Part shown: positions 37,232 to 48,106 of the stretch, one piece after another
Layout of the letters: every line of letters begins with the position of its first letter
Position numbering within the stretch: the stretch's first letter is position 1
DNA from: Blastocatellia bacterium
GTDB lineage: Bacteria; Acidobacteriota; Blastocatellia; UBA7656
Assembly: GCA_963765495.1 (NCBI GenBank)
Contig: CAVXWP010000001.1
Coordinates: 864,001-928,000, forward strand
Reading direction: 5' to 3'
DNA: 64,000 nt
Program-made: the position numbers and the translations under genes
Notes under the pieces: model-generated
Told to the model about the DNA's origin: nothing
Databases searched by the model: none
The model's input: only the letters and a program-made list of their open reading frames with translations

Positions 37232-38296
37232 TTATCTGTCGGAGCCTGTTCGCAATCGGTCGGCAAGCTCAAACTCTTTTTTTGCTTCTTCGGCTTTATT
37301 CCCCTGCTGAAGCACCTGTGCGAGCAGGTGATGACCAGAGTAGTTATTAGGGTCCATCTGTAGCGCACGTCTGAGCAGCGCCTCTGCATTGGCGAGGTCG
37401 CCCTTCTTAAGATAAACCTTTCCGAGCACGATGTAAGGCCCGCTAAAGAACGGGTTCAACCAGATCGATTTTTGAAGCGGCGCGCGGGCTTCATCCCATT
37501 TGAGCTGGCGCGTGTAGGCTTCGCCGAGCATGTAATAGGCCATCGCAAATCCCGGATTGATCTCGATCTCTTTCTTTAAAAGCTCTATTCCGGCGTCGAG
37601 GTTGGCCTTGTAAACAGCCATCTCGCCGAGCAGAAAATGGACCTGCGGCAGACGCGGGTCCAACTCGAGCGCGCGTTCGAGCTCCTTTTCGGCATACTCT
37701 TCGAATTGCTGTCTTATCATCATCTGGGCATTCAGCAGATAGGCAGATGCCGAGTCGGGCGCAACTCCGTACATACGGGCAAAGGATTTGCGCGCGCCCT
37801 CAGGGTTATGGTCCTGAATGTGGCTGACGCCAAGCACATAGGCTATCTCTACGTTGTCGGGGTCCCACGTCATGACCTGTTCGAGATAGGGGATGGCCTC
37901 TTTTATGTGCCCCAGAAAGTAATGCGACATTCCGAGCAACTGCACGCTTCCCTGATATTGCTTGCTGTCGACGAGCGCCTGCTTCACGGCGAGCGTGAGG
38001 TACTGGACCGCATTTGTATAATCTGTCTTTTGATAATAGGCGAGTCCAAGCAGATGATTTATCTGCAAGGCGTTCAATTCGGTTTTCGGGATGCCTGAGA
38101 GCAGCTTTATAACTTCGTCGGGTTTACCATCGCTCAAAAGTTTCTGCGCCTGCTGGATCGAGGCGGCGTCGGATTGAATCGGTTCCTGCCCCTTCTGATC
38201 CTGATTGGTTTGAGTTTGCGCCGAGGGTTGCGCAAAGGCAGGCGATGCCCCCGCGCACAAGAAAAACAGCAGATATGAGACCCTTATTATTGACAT
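37232..38296 (-). CDS. Secreted TPR protein
   Basis: Signal peptide AFA-Q; multiple TPRs. Confidence 0.88.
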   Translation of the reverse strand: MSIIRVSYLLFFLCAGASPAFAQPSAQTQTNQDQKGQEPIQSDAASIQQAQKLLSDGKPDEVIKLLSGIPKTELNALQINHLLGLAYYQKTDYTNAVQYLTLAVKQALVDSKQYQGSVQLLGMSHYFLGHIKEAIPYLEQVMTWDPDNVEIAYVLGVSHIQDHNPEGARKSFARMYGVAPDSASAYLLNAQMMIRQQFEEYAEKELERALELDPRLPQVHFLLGEMAVYKANLDAGIELLKKEIEINPGFAMAYYMLGEAYTRQLKWDEARAPLQKSIWLNPFFSGPYIVLGKVYLKKGDLANAEALLRRALQMDPNNYSGHHLLAQVLQQGNKAEEAKKEFELADRLRTGSDR

Positions 38297-39393
38297 ACTT
38301 GCTTGATCCGATTAGCGCCGCAGGATTCGCGGACTATGAGTTTGCAGGAGAGGAAGATTTCGCGGACCGGCATGTCCGGTTGCGTGATGCGCTCTATCAT
38401 TGCTTTCATAGCGGCAGCGCCTATGTGGCGGCAAGGTTGCTGCAATGTCGTCAGCGGTACGCGCAAAAGCCTCGCATATTTGACATCGTCAATCCCGACG
38501 ATGCCCACATCTGCCGGGAGCTTTACGCCCAGCCCGTCGAAGGTGTGCATCAGGTTTGCCGCCGTATGGTCGTTTGCGCAGACAAAGGCTTCGGCTCCTG
38601 TCTTTTCCAGCATCTGTGAAACAAAGGCGCGGTCTGAGGGGTCGCCTCGGCATATCCACTTGCAATCGGGATTTATGCGGTACTGGCGCAGCGCGTCATA
38701 ATAGCCCGCCAGTCGGCTTTCAACGGTCTCGGCCGAATCGGGCCGCCCAAAGAAGGCTACGCGTCGGCATCCGAGCTTCAGCAGGTGCTCGGTTACGATG
38801 TATCCGGCGCGGCGGTTGTTTATGCCTACCAGATCAAAGTGACTGCGGCGCGGATACTCGTAGATGTCGCGGTCGAGCAGGACCACTGGTATTTGCGCGC
38901 GGTCCAGGGCATCGAGGATGCGGCGGTTCACTTTATCTTTGTGCGGGGTCAGTTCAAGCGGCGCAAAAAAGACGCCCGATACCTTTCTAATTATGTACTG
39001 CTCGCAGAGGCGTTCGGCCATCTCTTCCTTGTCGTATGCCTCGTCGGTCGTATCTCCCCAGAGCAATGCGTGAGGGGTAGCCTCGGAATAGCGAGACATT
39101 TCCCGGCAGATGGGTTCGAATATCTCGGTCTCGCCCAGTCCCGGGATGATGAGCCCAAACAGGTCGCTGCGCAGGAGAGGAATCTGGCGAACAAAGGTGC
39201 CTGAGCCCACGCGCCTTTCTATCAATCCCTTGTGTTGCAGGTCGCGCAGGGCACGCGCTACGGTTGGTCTTGATGTTGAAAACTGTTCGACAAGCTCGGC
39301 CTCGCTTGGCAGCCGCTCTCCCTGTTTGTACTCGCCGCTCGTGATGGCGCGATGCAATTCGTTGAAGATGCCTGTGTGTTTTGCTTTCTTCAT
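38287..39393 (-). CDS. AraR-type regulator: GntR HTH + LacI-family sugar-binding domain
   Basis: GERLPSEAELVEQFSTSRPTVARAL...RRVGSGTFV; FVCAND, GIVGIDD, LTTLQQP, LIVRESC. Confidence 0.92.
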   Translation of the reverse strand: MKKAKHTGIFNELHRAITSGEYKQGERLPSEAELVEQFSTSRPTVARALRDLQHKGLIERRVGSGTFVRQIPLLRSDLFGLIIPGLGETEIFEPICREMSRYSEATPHALLWGDTTDEAYDKEEMAERLCEQYIIRKVSGVFFAPLELTPHKDKVNRRILDALDRAQIPVVLLDRDIYEYPRRSHFDLVGINNRRAGYIVTEHLLKLGCRRVAFFGRPDSAETVESRLAGYYDALRQYRINPDCKWICRGDPSDRAFVSQMLEKTGAEAFVCANDHTAANLMHTFDGLGVKLPADVGIVGIDDVKYARLLRVPLTTLQQPCRHIGAAAMKAMIERITQPDMPVREIFLSCKLIVRESCGANRIKQVCQ

Positions 39394-39449
39394 TGCGAAC
39401 CGGTAAGAATATTACTTCCACTGGTGTCTTCGGGAAAATTGGCAACCTG

Positions 39450-39478
39450 ATATTACAACTTATGGGCGGCGCGTTCAA
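39450..39478 (-). promoter_or_regulatory. Candidate sigma-70 promoter of the GntR/LacI regulator
   Basis: TTGAAC-N17-TAATAT on the minus strand. Confidence 0.5.
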
Positions 39479-39636
39479 TGAATTCTTTTCCCGCCTGTCC
39501 GGGGGAACCTCTCTTGCGCGTCTCTTATGCGCGTGAAAGCACTCAAATAAAGGGCTTAATTACTGGAAAGCGATGCTGAAATCAATAGCGATATAGCCAG
39601 TCAGAGGTAGATCGCCCGCGCTTAGACCATCTATTC

Positions 39637-39665
39637 TTGACAGTCTCCCGGCAATTTGATATAGC
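39637..39665 (+). promoter_or_regulatory. Candidate sigma-70 promoter for the second TonB receptor
   Basis: TTGACA-N17-TATAGC with TG just upstream of the -10. Confidence 0.4.
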
Positions 39666-39933
39666 ATATACCCCGTTTTATTTTACATATTTAGGAGTCA
39701 GTTCCGGCGGGCAACTGTTTTACCCAATCCCTTGGCAGTTTTTGAGCGTTACGTATCACAGATGCCCCGAATCGTTTCTCAGGTAAAAACCAGGGTGATT
39801 AATTGCCCCCTAACTTCGTCATTATAAAGATGCGGCCGTCCTGATACGATAATATTTGATCCTGGCGCAGGCGTCCGGGAAGGCACTAAATTAGAGGCAT
39901 AGTTTAGTAAGGTTGCTCAACGAAGGAAACCCC

Positions 39934-40024
39934 TTGAGGAGAACTCATTGAGGGGAACTCATTGAGAGCCGGTTTTTGAAATAGGACCAGAGGCCAAAAC
40001 TCAGAAGCTCAAAACTCAGAAGCT
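39934..40024 (+). repeat. Two short direct duplications in the receptor leader
   Basis: ttgagg(a/g)gaactca x2 from 39934; caaaactcagaagct x2 at 39995-40024. Confidence 0.75.
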
Positions 40025-40039
40025 ATGGAGGCACCAACA

Positions 40040-43000
40040 ATGCAAAAAAGCAAGTTATTAATGCTTGTATGCAGCCTTGCGTTAGTACTGTCTGCGCTCT
40101 CCGCAAACAGTATGGCGCAAGCTGTTTATGGGAGCATAATCGGTTCGGTTACTGACCCGCAGGGGGCCGCAATCGTAGGCGCGACGGTAACCGTTACCGA
40201 CCTGACTAAGAATATCTCCACAACCGTGCAGACCAATGAATCAGGCAACTACACCGTAACACACCTCATTCCTGGTCAGTACAGCATTAAAATTGAAGCG
40301 GAGGGTTACAAGAGTACAAACCAGGAAGTCCAGGTAAAGGCCGATGTTGCCGCACGCACGGACTTCGGGTTAGAGGTCGGAGCGGTGACTGAACAGGTCA
40401 CTATATCGGCCACTGCCGAAAACCTTTCTCTGAAGACTGACCGCGCCGATGTTGCTACAACCTTCAGCGCACGGCAACTTGAGGAATTACCCATTCTCGA
40501 CCGCAACTTCACAAAGTTTCTGTTGCTCACGCCCGGCACACAACAGCTCGGCTGGCAGCACGCCTCAAGCGAGAACCCGCAAGGCTCGGTTCAGATCATG
40601 GTAAACGGGCAGCACTTCAGCGGGACCTCATTCCAACTCGACGGCACTGACAATCAGGATCCGATCTTGGGAATCATCGTCATCAACCCGACGCTTGAGT
40701 CTGCAATCGAATCTAAGATAACAACTCAAAATTATGACGCGGAGTTTGGCCTGGCCATAGCCGGTATTGTTACAGCGCAGACCAAATCCGGGAGCAACGA
40801 TTTTCATGGAAGCCTGTTTGAGTTCCGGCGCAATGACGAAACATCGGCGCGCAATCCCTTCTCGCAATCCACGGTGAACTCACTTACGGGCAAGGCAATC
40901 CCCGATACGCTCTGGAATCAGTTTGGCGGCTCGGCCGGTTATCGAATCAAGAAGGACAAGAACTTCATATTCGGCGACTTTCAGGGCACGCGCCGCAAGA
41001 ACGGCGGTTCAATACTGACGACCGTTCCGACGGCAAGGGCGCGCACGGGTGATTTGAGCGAGTATGGCAGAACTATCTATGACCCGCTGACGGGTTCTGC
41101 AAACGGCGTTGGGCGCTCGGCATTTGCCGGAGCGCGCGTCCCGTCCAATCGTCTATCGCCGCAGGCTTTGACACTGATCAATCTGCTGCCGCTGCCAAAC
41201 CTGCCCGGGATAGAGAATAATTACACGGCGTCCGGTATCGAAGCGTTCAACAGTGATCAGTTCAACGTTCGCGACGATCACTACTGGAGCGAGAAACTGC
41301 ACATCTTTGGTCGCTACAGCTTTGCGCGCTATGATAAATCAGGACCGGGCGCATTCGGGACGCTGCTTGGCGGTCCCGCCTTCGACAATATTTTCTTCTC
41401 CGGCACTTCATCGGTTCGCAATCAGTCAATTGCTGGTGGCTTCGACTACACTGTGAGCACGAAGACGATCACGGACTTCCGATTCGGTTTCTTCCGTTAT
41501 CGAGTTGCCGTGCTTCCGGGCGGCGTAGGAACAACGCCAGCGGCTGATGCAGGCGTGCCGGGCCTAAACGTTGACGACTTCTTCACCTCCGGCATGCCCG
41601 ATTTCGGGATACGCGGAGTCGGCGGATTCAAGTTCGGCTATTCGCTTGATGTCAATCAGTGCAACTGCCCGCTTGATCAGCAGGAACAACAATTCCAGTT
41701 TGTCAACAACTGGAGCTTTATCCGCGCCAACCACACCTATAAGACTGGTGCTGATATTCGTTATGCAATGAATCTGCGTGTTCCTTCGGACGCGCATCGC
41801 GCCGGGCAGTTGCGATTCGAGCCGAGTCGGACCTCGGATTTCAACGCGGACGGCACGATCAATGATGAAGGGCTGGGAATAGCTACGTTCCTTCTTGGTG
41901 ATGTCAGCAGCTTCCAGCGTTACGTAGGCAGAACCACAAGCGCGGCCGAAAGACAGCGCCGATGGTTTTTCTACGGCCAGGACACCTGGCGCGCGACCCA
42001 GAAACTCACAGTCAATTACGGTCTGCGCTGGGAGTTGATATTCCCTGAAAGAGTTAAGCAAGATGGTGACGGAAGCCTGCTCAACCTCGAAAGCGGGGAC
42101 CTGTTTGTAGGCGGAGTCGGCGATGTCAACCGCCATTTCAATGTCAAGCCCACTTACAAGGCATTCGCGCCGCGACTCGGCATAGCTTACCAGTGGTCGG
42201 ACAAGACCGTTATTCGGGCAGGCTATGGCCGCAGCTTTGACATAGGCGTGTTTGGCTCTCTGTTTGGTCATACAGTCACCCAGAACCTGCCGGTTCTTTC
42301 GGCTCAGGACCTCTCGACATCGGGCTTCAACCGGGTATTCACTCTCAACTCGGGGCCGCCACCTCCGATCTTCCTCGACGTGCCTTCCGATGGTCGTCTG
42401 CCTTTGCCAAACGGCGTATTTGCGCGGGCACGCCCCTTCACTCAGAGACTACCCACGGTTGATGCCTGGAACATAACGGTTCAGCATCAGTTGTGGAATA
42501 ATACTTCGGTTGAAGCCGGTTACGTGGGCAACAAGGGAACACACGTGTTCGCCGGTAATGGCCCGGCCTTTAACATCAATCAGCCCATCAGTGATCTATC
42601 TCAGCCGAATGCTGATCTTCGCAAGCCGTTCTTCAGCAATTACGGATGGACACAGGGGATAGACTTCTTCTGCAACTGCGCCGACAACCGTTATAACGCA
42701 TTGCAGACGAAGTTCGAGACCCGTTTCGGCGGCCTCTCGATACTGGCCCACTATACGCTCGCGGCGGCAAGATTCAATGACGCCGATTACTTTATCTATG
42801 ACAGATCGGTGGGTCGCGGACCGACCGATGAAGACCGAAAACATGTCTTCCTCTTCTCCAACGTGTGGGATCTGCCGATTGGTCGCGGCAAGGCACTTTT
42901 GGGGAACTCTTCCAAGACAGTCGACCTCATACTTGGTGGCTGGCAGCTAAACACTATAACCACCTGGCAGAGCGGTCTGCCGTTCACCCCGGCCGTATCG

Positions 43001-43396
43001 GGAGGGAACTGCTCTGTTAACTCCGGTCCCTGCCGTCCTGATCTGGTAGGCGACCCGAGTGTGAGCAATCCTGATCGCAACCTGTGGTTTGCGGTTGGAA
43101 TAGGGAATGGAACCCCCTGGGCAAAGGCTGCTCCGGGGCAATTCGGCAACGTGGGCCGCAACACGCTTCGAGGTCCCAGATTCTTGAATACGGATGCTTC
43201 TTTGTTCAAGAACTTCCATATAAGCGAAAGCAAGAAGCTGGAATTTCGAATCGAGGCATTCAATCTGTTCAACCATGTCAACCTCGGTCTGCCCGACAGT
43301 TGCGTTGATTGCAGCAGCAACGCCGGGAAGATAAACGGCCTGTCTCCGGGCGCATTGATGCGTCAGTTCCAGTTTGGCCTGAGGTTCACTTACTAA
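40040..43396 (+). CDS. TonB-dependent receptor (Oar-like)
   Basis: ATG 40040 after ggagg; GSIIGSVTDPQGAAIVGA; TKSGSNDFHGSLFEFRRN; FRIEAFNLFNH; C-terminal QFGLRFTY. Confidence 0.93.
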   Translation: MQKSKLLMLVCSLALVLSALSANSMAQAVYGSIIGSVTDPQGAAIVGATVTVTDLTKNISTTVQTNESGNYTVTHLIPGQYSIKIEAEGYKSTNQEVQVKADVAARTDFGLEVGAVTEQVTISATAENLSLKTDRADVATTFSARQLEELPILDRNFTKFLLLTPGTQQLGWQHASSENPQGSVQIMVNGQHFSGTSFQLDGTDNQDPILGIIVINPTLESAIESKITTQNYDAEFGLAIAGIVTAQTKSGSNDFHGSLFEFRRNDETSARNPFSQSTVNSLTGKAIPDTLWNQFGGSAGYRIKKDKNFIFGDFQGTRRKNGGSILTTVPTARARTGDLSEYGRTIYDPLTGSANGVGRSAFAGARVPSNRLSPQALTLINLLPLPNLPGIENNYTASGIEAFNSDQFNVRDDHYWSEKLHIFGRYSFARYDKSGPGAFGTLLGGPAFDNIFFSGTSSVRNQSIAGGFDYTVSTKTITDFRFGFFRYRVAVLPGGVGTTPAADAGVPGLNVDDFFTSGMPDFGIRGVGGFKFGYSLDVNQCNCPLDQQEQQFQFVNNWSFIRANHTYKTGADIRYAMNLRVPSDAHRAGQLRFEPSRTSDFNADGTINDEGLGIATFLLGDVSSFQRYVGRTTSAAERQRRWFFYGQDTWRATQKLTVNYGLRWELIFPERVKQDGDGSLLNLESGDLFVGGVGDVNRHFNVKPTYKAFAPRLGIAYQWSDKTVIRAGYGRSFDIGVFGSLFGHTVTQNLPVLSAQDLSTSGFNRVFTLNSGPPPPIFLDVPSDGRLPLPNGVFARARPFTQRLPTVDAWNITVQHQLWNNTSVEAGYVGNKGTHVFAGNGPAFNINQPISDLSQPNADLRKPFFSNYGWTQGIDFFCNCADNRYNALQTKFETRFGGLSILAHYTLAAARFNDADYFIYDRSVGRGPTDEDRKHVFLFSNVWDLPIGRGKALLGNSSKTVDLILGGWQLNTITTWQSGLPFTPAVSGGNCSVNSGPCRPDLVGDPSVSNPDRNLWFAVGIGNGTPWAKAAPGQFGNVGRNTLRGPRFLNTDASLFKNFHISESKKLEFRIEAFNLFNHVNLGLPDSCVDCSSNAGKINGLSPGALMRQFQFGLRFTY

Positions 43397-43649
43397 CTAC
43401 CTGCGGCTGAAAAGCTGCAATTCTTCGGTGGCTGGTCTGAGGCCGAATCAGGCTTCAGATCAGCCACTTCACAATCTTCAAACACAATAAAGGCAAAGCA
43501 CCGAATCCTGCGTAGAGGGTATCCACCTTTTCGACTATTTGAACCTGCACACAAGTTACTCCCGCTCTTGTAGAGCATTTCACAGGAGTGAGAGAAACAT
43601 ATTTGGGATAGCAAATACGAATCCAGCGAAACTCTATGGAGGTCGCAAA

Positions 43650-44681
43650 ATGCCCTGGCTGCCCGGCGACAAGTATCTGTGGGATTTCTGGTTTGCCTGG
43701 AGGGAGACGGAGCTTCATCTGTTCTATCTTCAAGCCTCTCGCCTTGATTGTCATTACAACCCCGACCTCAGACACAACAAATCCTCTGTGGGCCACGCCC
43801 GCCTTACCTCTTTGGGCTGGAAAGAAATTGATGGGGCACCGGCATTTGAAAAAGGCGAGGCGGGTGCCTGGGATGACCTCTCAATCTGGACCGGCAGCAT
43901 CATTGAAGCAGAAGGCGGGGCTTACTATATGTTCTATACCGCGCGCTCGAGCGAAGACGCGCCGGTCTGGACGCCTCACGAATGGCAGCGGCCTCAAAAT
44001 ATTGGACTGGCCGTATCCGACGATCTCCGGTCGTGGAGGCGAACCGAAATTTCAAAGGCATCTCCGGTTATCGCCAACCCGGGAACGGCATCCATTTATG
44101 ACGGGGTCTCGTGGCGAGACCCTTACGTAGTGCGCGGCGAGGAGGGGGATTTTTTCGCCTTTATCTGCGCCCGCCTAAAGCCGAAAGAAGAGGCTTCAAT
44201 AGACGCGGGCGGCGCGGTCGTATATCTGAAATCCCGCGATCTGGAAAAGTGGGATAGCCGGGCGGCGCAACCGCTCGTTCATTCCGATGAGTTCTATCAA
44301 ATGGAAGTTCCTCAGGTCTTCTGGCGAAAGACCGCCGAAGGCAAGAGGCTTTATCTGCTGTTTTGCGCTCAAGAGAAGGATTGCTCGCGCGCGAGGCGAG
44401 TTCGTATGCCGGAGGCTGAATGCCGGACCGGGACATATTACATGATGAGCCGTCTTTTGCCGCTCGATTACGGAGAGATGCCTTCACTTGAAGAACCGGC
44501 CCGATTGCTTGCGCCCGCGCTCTATGCCGGGAAACTCCTGAATCCTGACACCGAAGACGAGCCGGTTTTTTTTGGCTTTCCCTGGAGCGACGCGGGCGGA
44601 CATTTCACAGGCGGATTGAGCGACCCGATCAGGACGAGTTTTAACCAGGACGGCAGCCTTGATCTTGTGGAAGAGGTTTAG
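43650..44681 (+). CDS. Cytoplasmic beta-fructosidase-like five-bladed propeller (GH32/GH68 clan J)
   Basis: ATG 43650 after ggagg; LWDFWF nucleophile, WTGS, WRDP, MEVP acid/base; no signal peptide. Confidence 0.85.
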   Translation: MPWLPGDKYLWDFWFAWRETELHLFYLQASRLDCHYNPDLRHNKSSVGHARLTSLGWKEIDGAPAFEKGEAGAWDDLSIWTGSIIEAEGGAYYMFYTARSSEDAPVWTPHEWQRPQNIGLAVSDDLRSWRRTEISKASPVIANPGTASIYDGVSWRDPYVVRGEEGDFFAFICARLKPKEEASIDAGGAVVYLKSRDLEKWDSRAAQPLVHSDEFYQMEVPQVFWRKTAEGKRLYLLFCAQEKDCSRARRVRMPEAECRTGTYYMMSRLLPLDYGEMPSLEEPARLLAPALYAGKLLNPDTEDEPVFFGFPWSDAGGHFTGGLSDPIRTSFNQDGSLDLVEEV

Positions 44682-44725
44682 CGTGAAGAGATGAATTTGC
44701 ATCTGTGCAGAAAGAGAGAGAATTT

Positions 44726-44792
44726 GCCACAGAGACACAAAGACACAGAGATTTTTTTGTAATTTTTCTCTGTGCCTCTGTGCCTCTGTGGC
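44726..44792. repeat. Octamer-based palindromic element, copy A
   Basis: gccacagagacacaaagacacagaga ... tctctgtgcctctgtgcctctgtggc. Confidence 0.85.
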
Positions 44793-44809
44793 TATTGCTG
44801 AGCGCCTAC

Positions 44810-45733
44810 ATGGATTCCAAAGAGTACAACATAGTCGGCCTGGGCGAGATACTCTGGGATTTGCTGCCCGGTGGAAGGAAACCCGGCGGCGCGCCTGCCA
44901 ATTTCGCATATCATGCCTTCAGGCTTGGGAATCGCAGCCGGATCGCAAGCCGCGTCGGAACCGATGTGCTCGGATGCGAGGCGATTGACAGGCTCAAGGC
45001 ATTGGAGCTTTCTGCCGACTGCGTGCAGGCCGATCACAGACACCCTACCGGAACCGTTTACGTCGAGGTTGACCCGAAGGGACAGCCGCACTACACCATC
45101 ACGGAAGATGTCGCCTGGGACCATCTGGAATGGACGCCCGAATGGCAGGAACTGGCTGCCGGGGCAGATGCCGTCTGCTTCGGATCGCTTGCCCAGCGTT
45201 CCGCGTGCTCGCGCCAGACGATACACCGCTTTTTGCGGGCAACTCGCAAGGATGCTCTGCGGATTTTCGATGTGAATCTCAGACAGTCATTCTATTCGTG
45301 GGAAGTGCTCAAGCAATCACTGAAGCTTGCGCGGATAGTAAAGCTCAACGATCAGGAACTGCCGGTGGTGATAGAGTTGCTCGGCTTCGATTACGGAAAT
45401 CAGAAAGCCTCGGCTCGCCGGTTGCTCGAAGTCTTCGATCTCGATCTCGTATGCGTGACGCGAGGCTCTTTGGGAAGCCTGCTCGTCTCTGCGGATGAAA
45501 TGTTTGAGCACCCCGGAATCAATATTAAAGTGGCAGATACTGTAGGAGCGGGCGATGCCTTTACGGCGGCGCTTGCGCACTATTACCTTCACGGCAAATC
45601 TCTCGAAGTGATCAGCGATGCGGCCAACCGTCTTGGCGCGTGGGTAGCCTCGCAGGTGGGAGCTACGCCGGTCATCAAGCAGTGCGAGTTGAAGCGAATA
45701 GTCGAAGGAGCGGACAAGTCATGGCAGACGTGA
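44810..45733 (+). CDS. PfkB-family carbohydrate kinase (fructokinase-like)
   Basis: GLGEILWD, PGGAPANFA, FDVNLRQ, VKLND, DTVGAGDAF. Confidence 0.92.
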   Translation: MDSKEYNIVGLGEILWDLLPGGRKPGGAPANFAYHAFRLGNRSRIASRVGTDVLGCEAIDRLKALELSADCVQADHRHPTGTVYVEVDPKGQPHYTITEDVAWDHLEWTPEWQELAAGADAVCFGSLAQRSACSRQTIHRFLRATRKDALRIFDVNLRQSFYSWEVLKQSLKLARIVKLNDQELPVVIELLGFDYGNQKASARRLLEVFDLDLVCVTRGSLGSLLVSADEMFEHPGINIKVADTVGAGDAFTAALAHYYLHGKSLEVISDAANRLGAWVASQVGATPVIKQCELKRIVEGADKSWQT

Positions 45734-46833
45734 CGCTAAAACACGTGTCAAAGATTTATTCGGGAGGGGTTCGGGCCGTTTCGGATGTAAACGTAGAGAT
45801 TGCCGATGGTCAGTTCATCATACTTGTAGGTCCGTCGGGCTGCGGAAAGTCTACGCTGCTGAGGATGATTGCGGGTCTTGAGACGATCTCGGAAGGAGAG
45901 CTTTACATTGATAAGAAGCTGGTCAATGATGTGGCCGCCAAAGACCGCGACATCGCCATGGTCTTTCAAAACTATGCCCTCTATCCGCACATGACGGTCT
46001 TTGAAAACATGGCCTTTGGTCTGAAGATGAGAAACTTTCCCAAAGACGAAATCGCCCGCCGGGTGCGCGAAGCCGGAGATGTTTTGGATCTGACTCGCTA
46101 TCTGGAAAGAAAACCAAAGGCGCTTTCGGGCGGGCAGAGGCAGAGGGTCGCGGTGGGTCGGGCCATCGTGCGGCAGCCGAGCCTCTTTCTCTTTGATGAG
46201 CCGCTCAGCAATCTTGACGCAAAGCTCAGGGTCGCAATGCGCGCCGAGTTGATAAGGCTGCACAAACGGCTTCGGGCGACGATGATCTATGTCACGCACG
46301 ACCAGATGGAAGCCATGAGCATGGGCGATATGCTGATCGTGCTAAAGGACGGCGTAGTGCAACAGAAAGGGCCGCCGCTTGAAATCTATAACTGGCCTGC
46401 CAACACCTTTGTAGCCGGTTTCATCGGCAGCCCGGCGATGAATTTTCTAACGGGCGAAATCACAGGCCGCAATGGAGGACAGGTATTCGACACCGGCTCG
46501 CTCCAGCTTGACGCTTCCGTGCTGGGCGGGGGGCTCGCGGGCAGGCGCGTGACCATAGGGGTCAGGCCCGAATGGATGCGAGTGGATAAAGCCCGATCCG
46601 AAACCGACGTTCTTTTTCCGGCTCGCGTCGAAGTCATCGAGCGCATGGGAAGCGACACGTTTGTAAATATTTCGGCGGGCGCGCACGAACTGGTTGCGCG
46701 GATTGATCCTCAAATAGCGATCAGCATGGAAGAGACGCGAAACTTTTCCTTCGATATGCGCGAGGCGCGGCTTTACGACGGCGAGACCGGCATTTTGCTG
46801 AAAGGGAACGGAGAGCAGGGTGCTACAAATTGA
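45721..46833 (+). CDS. Sugar ABC transporter ATPase (MalK/MsmX/UgpC family)
   Basis: GPSGCGKS, VFQNYALYPH, LSGGQRQR, FDEPLSNLDAKLR; TOBE C-terminus. Confidence 0.95.
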   Translation: MADVTLKHVSKIYSGGVRAVSDVNVEIADGQFIILVGPSGCGKSTLLRMIAGLETISEGELYIDKKLVNDVAAKDRDIAMVFQNYALYPHMTVFENMAFGLKMRNFPKDEIARRVREAGDVLDLTRYLERKPKALSGGQRQRVAVGRAIVRQPSLFLFDEPLSNLDAKLRVAMRAELIRLHKRLRATMIYVTHDQMEAMSMGDMLIVLKDGVVQQKGPPLEIYNWPANTFVAGFIGSPAMNFLTGEITGRNGGQVFDTGSLQLDASVLGGGLAGRRVTIGVRPEWMRVDKARSETDVLFPARVEVIERMGSDTFVNISAGAHELVARIDPQIAISMEETRNFSFDMREARLYDGETGILLKGNGEQGATN

Positions 46834-48106
46834 GGCTAAAGGCTTGCGAGCCGGTTTGCTGCTGCTCATTTTAGTGTTGCTCGTCTTGTGCGCGATGATG
46901 CTGGCCTGTTCGGCCACCCGAGGCGGCGACGGACGCATCCGCGTCACCTTCTGGCACGGGATGGAATCGGGCGTCAACAACCAGGTGTTGCAATCCAAGA
47001 TAGATGCCTTTAACCATCGGCATCCCGACATACTCATAGACGCTCAGGTGTACGGCGCGGCGGATCAGTTGAGTCCAAAGCTCGACGCGGCGGTCGCCGG
47101 GCGCACTCCGCCCGATCTGCTCTGGTGGGCTCCGGCCTTTTTCCCAAAGTATGCCGAGGCGGGCGCGCTCCGCAGCGTAGACGATTTTATAGCTCAAGAC
47201 GCCCGCTTCAACCGGGATGATGTATACGATTTTCTGTGGGAGATGGGTAGCTTCGAGGGTCATATCTATGCCACGCCTTTTTCAGCAAACGATCTGGCGA
47301 TGTATTACAACAAGCAGATGTTTGCCGATGCCGGAATCACCGCTCCGCCTCAAGACTGGGAGCAGTTCAAGACCGTGGCCGCGCGCCTCACTCAAGGCGA
47401 TGTTCACGGCTTTCTTTTGCCGATAGGCAGTTCGGAGTGGACCGTCTGGACGTGGCAATGTTTTCTCTGGCAGGCGGGCGGCGAAATACTCACGCCCGAC
47501 AAACACGGCGCAGCCTTCAACAGCCCTGCCGGAGTTGCGGCGCTCGATTTCTGGAAGTCTATGCTTGATGACGGCTCGGCAGTCTTTTCAGAGACCGACG
47601 CGGGGTACAAAACCGATGCCCTTTTATCCGCGCGCGTGGCGATGACTATCAACGGCCCGTGGAACTACTCTCTGCTCAAAGATCAGACCGAGGTTGACGT
47701 AGGCGTTTTCCCGTTGCCCGCAAAAGAGCGCGCGGCTACGAATATCGGCGGCGAATCGCTCTTTTTATTCAAGTCGAACCCGGAAAAAGAGCGGGCCGCG
47801 TGGGAGTTTATGAAGTACGTCATGAGCCCCGACTTTCAGGTGGACTGGGCGATCGACACCGGCTATTTGCCGGTGTCGAAATCTGCCGCCGCAAGCAAAG
47901 AGTATCAATCATTTTTAGAGCGGAATCCTTTCATGAAAATCTATAACGAGCAGATGTCGGCCGGGAAAACACGTCCGTCAATCCCCGAGTATCCGGCGCT
48001 ATCGGCCACGCTCGGCAAATATCTCGAGGCCGCGCTCTACGGCAAATATTCGTCGAAGGAAGCACTGGACAAAGCGGCAGAGGAAGTCAACAGGTTGCTC
48101 GAATGA
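46820..48106 (+). CDS. Sugar ABC transporter substrate-binding lipoprotein (CUT1)
   Basis: Lipobox LLAC-like (MLAC); VTFWH, PPDL, MYYNK, AAWEFMKY, TGYLP. Confidence 0.9.
   Translation: MLQIEAKGLRAGLLLLILVLLVLCAMMLACSATRGGDGRIRVTFWHGMESGVNNQVLQSKIDAFNHRHPDILIDAQVYGAADQLSPKLDAAVAGRTPPDLLWWAPAFFPKYAEAGALRSVDDFIAQDARFNRDDVYDFLWEMGSFEGHIYATPFSANDLAMYYNKQMFADAGITAPPQDWEQFKTVAARLTQGDVHGFLLPIGSSEWTVWTWQCFLWQAGGEILTPDKHGAAFNSPAGVAALDFWKSMLDDGSAVFSETDAGYKTDALLSARVAMTINGPWNYSLLKDQTEVDVGVFPLPAKERAATNIGGESLFLFKSNPEKERAAWEFMKYVMSPDFQVDWAIDTGYLPVSKSAAASKEYQSFLERNPFMKIYNEQMSAGKTRPSIPEYPALSATLGKYLEAALYGKYSSKEALDKAAEEVNRLLE

Noticed and set aside
37210-37389. N-terminal extension of the 666-aa CRTAC1 ORF
   Set aside because: Overlaps the upstream TPR gene; the signal peptide begins downstream
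23126-39460. Identical 12-mer gatattacaact at 23126 and 39449 as a shared operator
   Set aside because: Not palindromic, only two copies; the second is explained as a -10 element
44705-44809. Hydrophobic N-terminal extension suggesting a membrane-anchored kinase
   Set aside because: It is the translation of the palindromic element at 44726-44792; the PfkB domain starts at ATG 44810
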